Source: Lama guanicoe
Lineage: Eukaryota
DNA: 64,000 bases
NCBI GenBank assembly: GCA_013239625.1
Contig: MU053376.1
Coordinates: 1,972,507-2,036,506, forward strand
Direction of reading: 5' to 3'
Shown: positions 61,983-64,000 of the stretch, piece after piece
How the letters are laid out: each line of letters starts with the position of its first letter
Position numbering within the stretch: position 1 is the first letter of the stretch
Position numbers and translations under genes: made by a program
Notes under the pieces: model-generated
What the model was told of the DNA's origin: nothing
Database searches by the model: none
The model's input: only the letters and a program-made list of their open reading frames with translations

Positions 61983-62920
61983 TACGTCCTCAAACATTGC
62001 TCCATGTCTAAAAGAGGAAATCGGTGGTGCTTCTCTCATGGGGAAGGCGCTCCAGCCGCTCTCCAGAGAGGCTGAGTCTTCCTCTGAACCTCAGCATCCC
62101 AAGTGCCTCCCGCTTTGGAAAGATTCCACCTGAGCTGCTCTTCTTACTCTCACAAGGAAGGTTTTAAGCTTCTGTATGCAAATAGACACGTAGAATTGTG
62201 GCTGGATTACCTTGGAGATTCACTGATGCTCATGTATTTATTCCCTGATTTATTTAACATGGATTTATTCAGCATTTACTATATGCCAGGCCCTGTTCTG
62301 GCTGCTGGCTATCTAAGATTGCACCAGACAGTCATGGTCTCTGCCCTCACGGAGCCTAGGTAGCACTAGGATTGGAGCAAGGCAGACGTGTTTAAGTACA
62401 CATGTCATATGTCAGAGGCTAAGGGCTTCAGAGAAAATTAAAGCGGGTTAAGGGACTGGAGATTGTTAGGGTTGGGTTGGGCGCAGGGTTTGCTCTTGAA
62501 TATACAGTGGTCCGGGACGCCTCACTGAGCAGGTAACCGTGGGCGGTGATATAGGAGGACCAAGAGAGAACTGTGTCCCGAAGCCACACATAGTGTTTCA
62601 AGGAGGGTGGGATAACTGAGTTAGTGCGATGGCAGGTCAGCTAAGAAAAGGACTGAGAGCTGATTCAGCAGCATGGACATCACTGGTGACTTGGATGGGT
62701 GTCCTCTTCATGGAGGAGAAGGGGCAAAGTCCTGACAGTGTCTGTTCGTGCGAGGAGGGGTGCTGATGGTGGGTAAACAAAATGTGCTACATCCGTACAG
62801 TGGGGTCGTGTTAAGCCAAATACTACTGAATTCTACACTTTACAAGGGTTAAAATGGTGTATTTTCTATTGTGTATATTTTACCACAATAAAGAGATGGG
62901 GGACAGGGGGAGACAGAAGG

Positions 62921-63224
62921 TGTGTGAATCTGCTTGGGCTGCTGTGACAAAGCACCACAGACTGAGCGGCCTGAACAACAGAGATATGTTTTCTCACGGT
63001 TCTGGAATCTGGAAGTCCAAGATCAAGGTGCCAGCAGGGCTGGTTTCTGTGCGACCTCTCTCCTTGGCTTGTAGGCAACCACCTTCTCATTCATCCTCAC
63101 ATGGCCTCATTTAACCTTAATTATCCCCTTAAAAGCCCTCTCTCTAAATACAATCACGTTGAGGGTTAGGGCTTCAGCATTTGAATTGGGATTGGTTGTA
63201 AGAGGACACAGTTCAGTCCATAAT
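62921..63224. mobile_element. ERVL-MaLR solo LTR (MLT1A-like) nested in L2/L1 remnants (~62245-63550)
   Basis: gggctgctgtgacaaagcaccacagactg...ctggaagtccaagatcaaggtgccagcaggg...ggacacagttcagtccataa. Confidence 0.85.
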
Positions 63225-64000
63225 GGAAGGGGTGAAGAGGAGCCAGAGAATCAGAGGCAGCAGGTCCAGACAGCTCTCAAAGAATTTTATTACAAAGAGG
63301 AGAAGAGGAATGGGACAGTAATTCGGTGTGGATACGGGGTTAAGAGAGAATTTTGCTTTCAAGATGGGCGGTATTATTGCACACTTGTTACGCTGGTGAG
63401 GATGACCCAGTAGAGAAGGAGAACTGGTGATGAAGGAGGGAGCAAGGTAATTGCTGGAATGATTTTCTCCAGGGAGTGAGAGAGGATGGGAGTCATCACA
63501 CAGGGAGGAAGGCAGGACATAAGGTGCAGAGGCAAGTCAGTTAATACATGTGGGGACCACAGAGGATGGAGCAGGTGGCGTTGTAGGCAGGGGGAGTGAG
63601 GAGACCCCTTTGAAGGACCATAAGAAAGCATCAGCCAGAATTACCTTCCACTTCTTCTCTTAAGGAGCCTTTTGGGGAAATCTGTTAAATCATGGATTCA
63701 CAGATATTCTCAGCCCCACGGTTTGCCTGGGGCCATGGTGAATGATGCAGAATATCTTACCCATAGTCAATTGGTTGTTGCCAAATCAAACCCCTGGGGC
63801 CTGTGAAGTTGAAGGTTTTTAAGTGAAATGTCATATATTTAAAACAGTCTTCAAAGCTTCGTGCTCTCCCTGAGGATTTAAGGTTTTGATTTGGGGATGC
63901 AGAGCCCTCAGTTAGACAAGCCTGTCAGGAGACGTTGGTGGACTCCTGTCTATCAATTACTGCCAAACAGTGGCGGCCCTGCTGCCGATTTCCTGACCGG

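Larger units (their letters stand above)
1..64000 (+). other. SRGAP2: Internal portion of the SRGAP2 gene (intron 3 to intron 16; both gene ends outside the window)
   Basis: 13 exons with canonical AG/GT sites join in frame into a peptide near-identical to recalled human SRGAP2 aa ~142-625. I did not find the next exon (LSQFSEENMMDPYN...) before 64000. Confidence 0.97.

Noticed and set aside
1..64000. CRISPR array, prokaryotic operon, or nested second gene/retrogene
   Set aside because: Eukaryotic intron-exon DNA. No regularly interspaced repeats, and no second coherent coding sequence recognised on either strand. Small ncRNAs cannot be excluded without an Rfam search.

Overview
Mammalian (eutherian) genomic DNA, most likely a camelid (alpaca/camel/vicuna), judged from ten copies of a tRNA-Ala-derived SINE that matches my recollection of the camelid Vic-1 family. 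The whole window lies inside one + strand gene, SRGAP2 (SLIT-ROBO Rho GTPase activating protein 2). It contains 13 consecutive coding exons (coding exons 4-16, about aa 142-625). All have AG/GT boundaries and splice into one uninterrupted reading frame covering the C-terminal part of the F-BAR/F-BARx region and most of the RhoGAP domain, including the arginine finger GIFRVSG. The 5' and 3' ends of the gene lie outside the window. Introns contain the usual mammalian repeats (Vic-1-like SINE, MIR, L1, L2, MaLR LTRs, hAT/Tigger MERs). Nearly all ORFs in the supplied track are spurious; the exceptions overlap real exons or L1 ORF2. I see no new gene system. The most notable observations are: (1) a 3.7 kb composite L1 insertion bounded by one 12-bp target-site duplication and carrying a ~490 bp GC-rich segment I cannot identify; (2) several splice-level routes to an F-BAR-only, SRGAP2C-like truncated product (intron 9 read-through, two frame-shifting microexons, a candidate poison exon); (3) a CAGCAG tandem acceptor; (4) a G-tract in place of a polypyrimidine tract; (5) several candidate cis-regulatory motif clusters. 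Exon numbering, comparison with human, and repeat family names come from recall, not from a database search.
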